Source: Camelus ferus
Lineage: Eukaryota
Reading direction: 5' to 3'
Assembly (NCBI RefSeq): GCF_009834535.1
Contig: NC_045728.1
Span: 7,502,001-7,566,000, forward strand
Length of the DNA: 64,000 nucleotides
Each line of letters starts with the position of its first letter. Position 1 is the stretch's first letter. Under the pieces are notes generated by a model. That model worked only from the letters and a program-made list of their open reading frames with translations, was not told the origin of the DNA and made no database searches. The position numbers and the translations under genes are program-made. This document shows positions 60,941 to 64,000 of this stretch, piece after piece.

Positions 60941-62058
60941 TAAATAGGGAATATGGTTCACAGTGTAAATGCAATCTCCTTATTTCTCTTTTACACATAG
61001 AATCTGTTTCCAGATGGGGTAGGGGAGACTGAGAAAGCTCCTACCCTGTTTATAATCAAGTGGACAATATCATTAAACTCACATTTAATCTTCTGTGTGT
61101 TATTAAGCGACAAACCTGGTAACAGTGCTGTTTGTCTTTCCCTGCTGCTTGAGAAGACTCAAAGTCATAGTAAGAATTGATTTGTAGTTCAGAAAAATTC
61201 CCAGGGCATGTCTGAAATTAAGTCTGAGCTACATCCTTTTAGAATCAAATGAAATAAAATCTCAGAACCTGAAATTGCCTTTCCAGGACCATAGGGGTAA
61301 ATACCAAGGACACCAAAGTCACTAAGGTTTCTGGCCTAAGGAGGGTGAGTTTCTGAATTCTGTTTATGTTAATGTCCTTCTCATTTTGAGATGGAAGTCC
61401 AGGGATATAAGATCTGCCACTTTCTTTCCCATTTTCTGCAGTCCTGAGATTCAAGTGAAACTTCCAGGATAATGTATTTAAGGGGATCAGGAAGTGTTCA
61501 GAGGTTAGGAGACTCAGCAAGCGCAGTATCTCAGTCAGTACATTCCCTCTCCATGGACAGACTCTCACTCTTCTACATGAGATAGTAACTTAACCTCTCC
61601 TAGCCTTTGGTCCTGTAGTTTTTATTTGGAAACAGTCTTCTTGGTTGCCATCCCACCAGGTCTAATGTGCATTAGAGGCCAGCACCGGGTAACTAGAGTC
61701 TCTGCCTCCAATTTTACTGGTGAGGGAAGGGCTTAAATGAATGAGGAAATGGTGAGGTGGGAGAAGGACTTTCTGTCCTGGTCTATTCTTCTCTCTTCCC
61801 TTCCCTTTTCCCAGCAGTCATGTTTGCAGACGGTCTTGTTTGCTGTATTTAGCTTATTAATATTCTGGTAAAAGAAATTCCATGTTACTCAATATCATGA
61901 TGATAATGGTAAAGGCAGATTTTATAAGTCCAGGTTGGGCTAATGTCAGACATTCCTAGAGAATATACTCTCTCATAGGATGAGGTATTTGGGGAAGAAC
62001 TGAGCTGATTTCTAATGTACCTTTTTTTCTCCATGTCCACAGAATCCCTTAGTGAAGA

Positions 62059-62991
62059 ATGGCTCCTGGAAATGGTTCTTTTGTGACTGAATTCATTCTG
62101 TTGGGTTTAACAGACCAACCAGATCTCCAGCTCCTCTTGTTCCTCCTGTTCCTAGTAATGTATATGGTCAGCGTGTTGGGAAATTTGGGCTTAATGACTC
62201 TCATTGGGCTTAGTTCACACCTACACACCCCCATGTACTTTTTCCTCTTCAACTTGTCCTTTGTAGACTTCTGTTATTCTTCAGTATTTACTCCAAAAAT
62301 GCTGACGGATTTCTTATCAAAGAAGAATGTTATCTCTTACATGGGGTGCATGACTCAGTTCTACTTTTTCTGTTTTTTTGTCGTTTCTGAATGCTATGTC
62401 CTGACATCAATGGCCTACGATCGCTATGTGGCCATCTGTCGCCCACTGTTGTATAACATTGCCATGTCCCCTGCAGTGTGTTCTAGGCTTGTGCTTGGTT
62501 CATACTTGATGGCATTTTTTGATACCATGACGCTCACTGGATGTCTGCTGAGACTGACCTTCTGTGATGCAAATACCATCAACCATTATTTTTGTGACAT
62601 CCTCCCTCTACTCCAGCTCTCCTGCACAGGCACCTATGTCAGTGAGCTGGCGGTTTTCATTGTGGGAGGCATCAACATAATTTTTCCCAGTCTCACCATC
62701 TCTGTCTCGTATGGTCTCATCCTGTCCAGCATCCTCCGCATAAGTTCCAGGGAGGGCAGGTCCAAAGCCTTCAGTACCTGCAGCTCCCACGTAGTTGTTG
62801 TTTTTCTGTTCTTTGGATCGGGTGCATTTATGTATCTTAAACCATCTTCTGCTAGGTCTATGGATGAGGGGAAAATCTCTTCTGTCTTCTACACGAATGT
62901 GGTTCCCATGATTAACCCCTTCATCTACAGTTTGCGGAACAAAGATGTTAAAATTGCTCTGAGAAAAACCCTGGAGGGGAGAAAATTTTGA
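62059..62991 (+). CDS. Olfactory receptor OR8B-subfamily-like, 310 aa, intact
   Basis: MAPGNGSFVTEFILLGLTDQPDLQ start; [28 protein letters not shown] and [14 protein letters not shown] motifs; acceptor TTTTTTCTCCATGTCCACAG| at 62042. Confidence 0.95.
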   Translation: MAPGNGSFVTEFILLGLTDQPDLQLLLFLLFLVMYMVSVLGNLGLMTLIGLSSHLHTPMYFFLFNLSFVDFCYSSVFTPKMLTDFLSKKNVISYMGCMTQFYFFCFFVVSECYVLTSMAYDRYVAICRPLLYNIAMSPAVCSRLVLGSYLMAFFDTMTLTGCLLRLTFCDANTINHYFCDILPLLQLSCTGTYVSELAVFIVGGINIIFPSLTISVSYGLILSSILRISSREGRSKAFSTCSSHVVVVFLFFGSGAFMYLKPSSARSMDEGKISSVFYTNVVPMINPFIYSLRNKDVKIALRKTLEGRKF

Positions 62992-63599
62992 TTAGAATCA
63001 GTGTCTTTGTGCAGGTAGTCACAGGGCAAGAGATTCCATTTTTTAATTAAATATTTTTAGTGATAGTCTTCTTATTTCTGTCTCACCATGGGGAAAGAAA
63101 TTTAATCTTCTCTCAATCTGTTTCCAGTTTTTTAGAGTAGGTCTTCCTCCTTTCATTTCCATTTTATCTCCTTTAGTTTGTTTTTTCTATTTAAGAATAA
63201 CATTAGGAAAAAAAATTATCTTTGTCTTTTTTCTATTGTCATTATGGTCTTTCTTTTTTCCTTGTGGAAAAAGGTGAGTTGTCCCACTGATGATCGATAT
63301 AGTAACACTAATGTGACTTTTTGCATTTGGGGGGCAGTTTCTAAACTGCCACTTGTAATGTGCTATTAGAAGCATGAATCAGGTAGTCTGTCCTTCTCTC
63401 TTCCCCCAACAGTGATCAGGAATATGACCCATTTAAATGCCAGTGTTTCACAATTATAGCCAATTTCATAAGGACTATCAAATATACCCCACTTTGCAGC
63501 TGTAATCACCACCATACATTAAGCTTCTTTCTTGTTTACTTCATAGATTTTATATTTGCCTTCTGCATTCAAAGTGGCACATTAGATTGTCAATATATA

Positions 63600-63725
63600 T
63601 TTATTACATGAAGAGAATACCGAAACTCAGAGAAGTTAATGATTTACTTAAAGTCACACAACTTCTTCATGAAAAAGTCTAGAATAGGTATTAGCCACCT
63701 GACTTTCAGTCTACCACTCTTTGTA
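63600..63725 (-). mobile_element. MIR remnant
   Basis: gaaactcagagaagttaatgatttacttaaagtcacacaac...gactttcagtctaccactct. Confidence 0.6.
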
Positions 63726-64000
63726 GTATACTTTCTATTTTATTTTTATTTTAGTGAACATGAAATATGAGAAAACATCTCTGTTTTAAAAGCTGACTTC
63801 ATACAAAAAATAAAGTGAAATGTTTTCTCTGTAATCCAGAGAACAGGGCATGGCAGGGAAAAATTCCCAGGAACATGTCCTTAGTCTGTCACCCAAAAGC
63901 ACACCCAAAAGGCCAATAAATGAGAGGCTCCTCATTAGGAAATGGCAGTAAGGTTTAGAAACCACAGTTCATTTTGAACTTGTATCCTAGTCTGTAGAGC

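Noticed and set aside
1-64000. CRISPR arrays, rRNA, tRNA or prokaryotic-type systems
   Set aside because: None seen; the window is mammalian OR-cluster DNA and no repeat-spacer periodicity exists.

Overview
Mammalian genomic DNA containing part of a class II olfactory receptor family-8 (OR8B/OR8D-type) cluster. The LINE-1 3' ends are of cetartiodactyl type, and I saw no Alu, B1/B2, BovB/Bov-tA or PRE-1, so a camelid is my tentative guess. Six OR loci all lie on the + strand: five intact (11457, 20850, 40437, 49429, 62059) and one OR8D2-like locus broken by a single 1-bp insertion (31631-32567). The rest is mostly L1, L2, MIR, MaLR/ERV LTRs and one Tigger-type MITE, with four N runs. At the left end is a CpG island (about 3.38-4.39 kb) with a 16-bp G-rich minisatellite and splice donors pointing both ways; I could not name the gene. 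The main observations are: (1) two OR8B2/B3-like paralogues almost identical over TM1-TM5 and upstream but about 8% divergent over TM6-TM7, suggesting gene conversion; (2) an L1 insertion with a micro 3' transduction present in only one paralogous copy; (3) a composite retrotransposition best explained by 3' transduction plus twin priming; (4) a 486-bp solo LTR with perfect termini and target-site duplication (TSD) inside a young L1; (5) duplicated non-coding modules upstream of OR genes. All alignments and counts were done by eye, and family or gene names come from memory, not database searches. No rRNA, tRNA or CRISPR features were seen.
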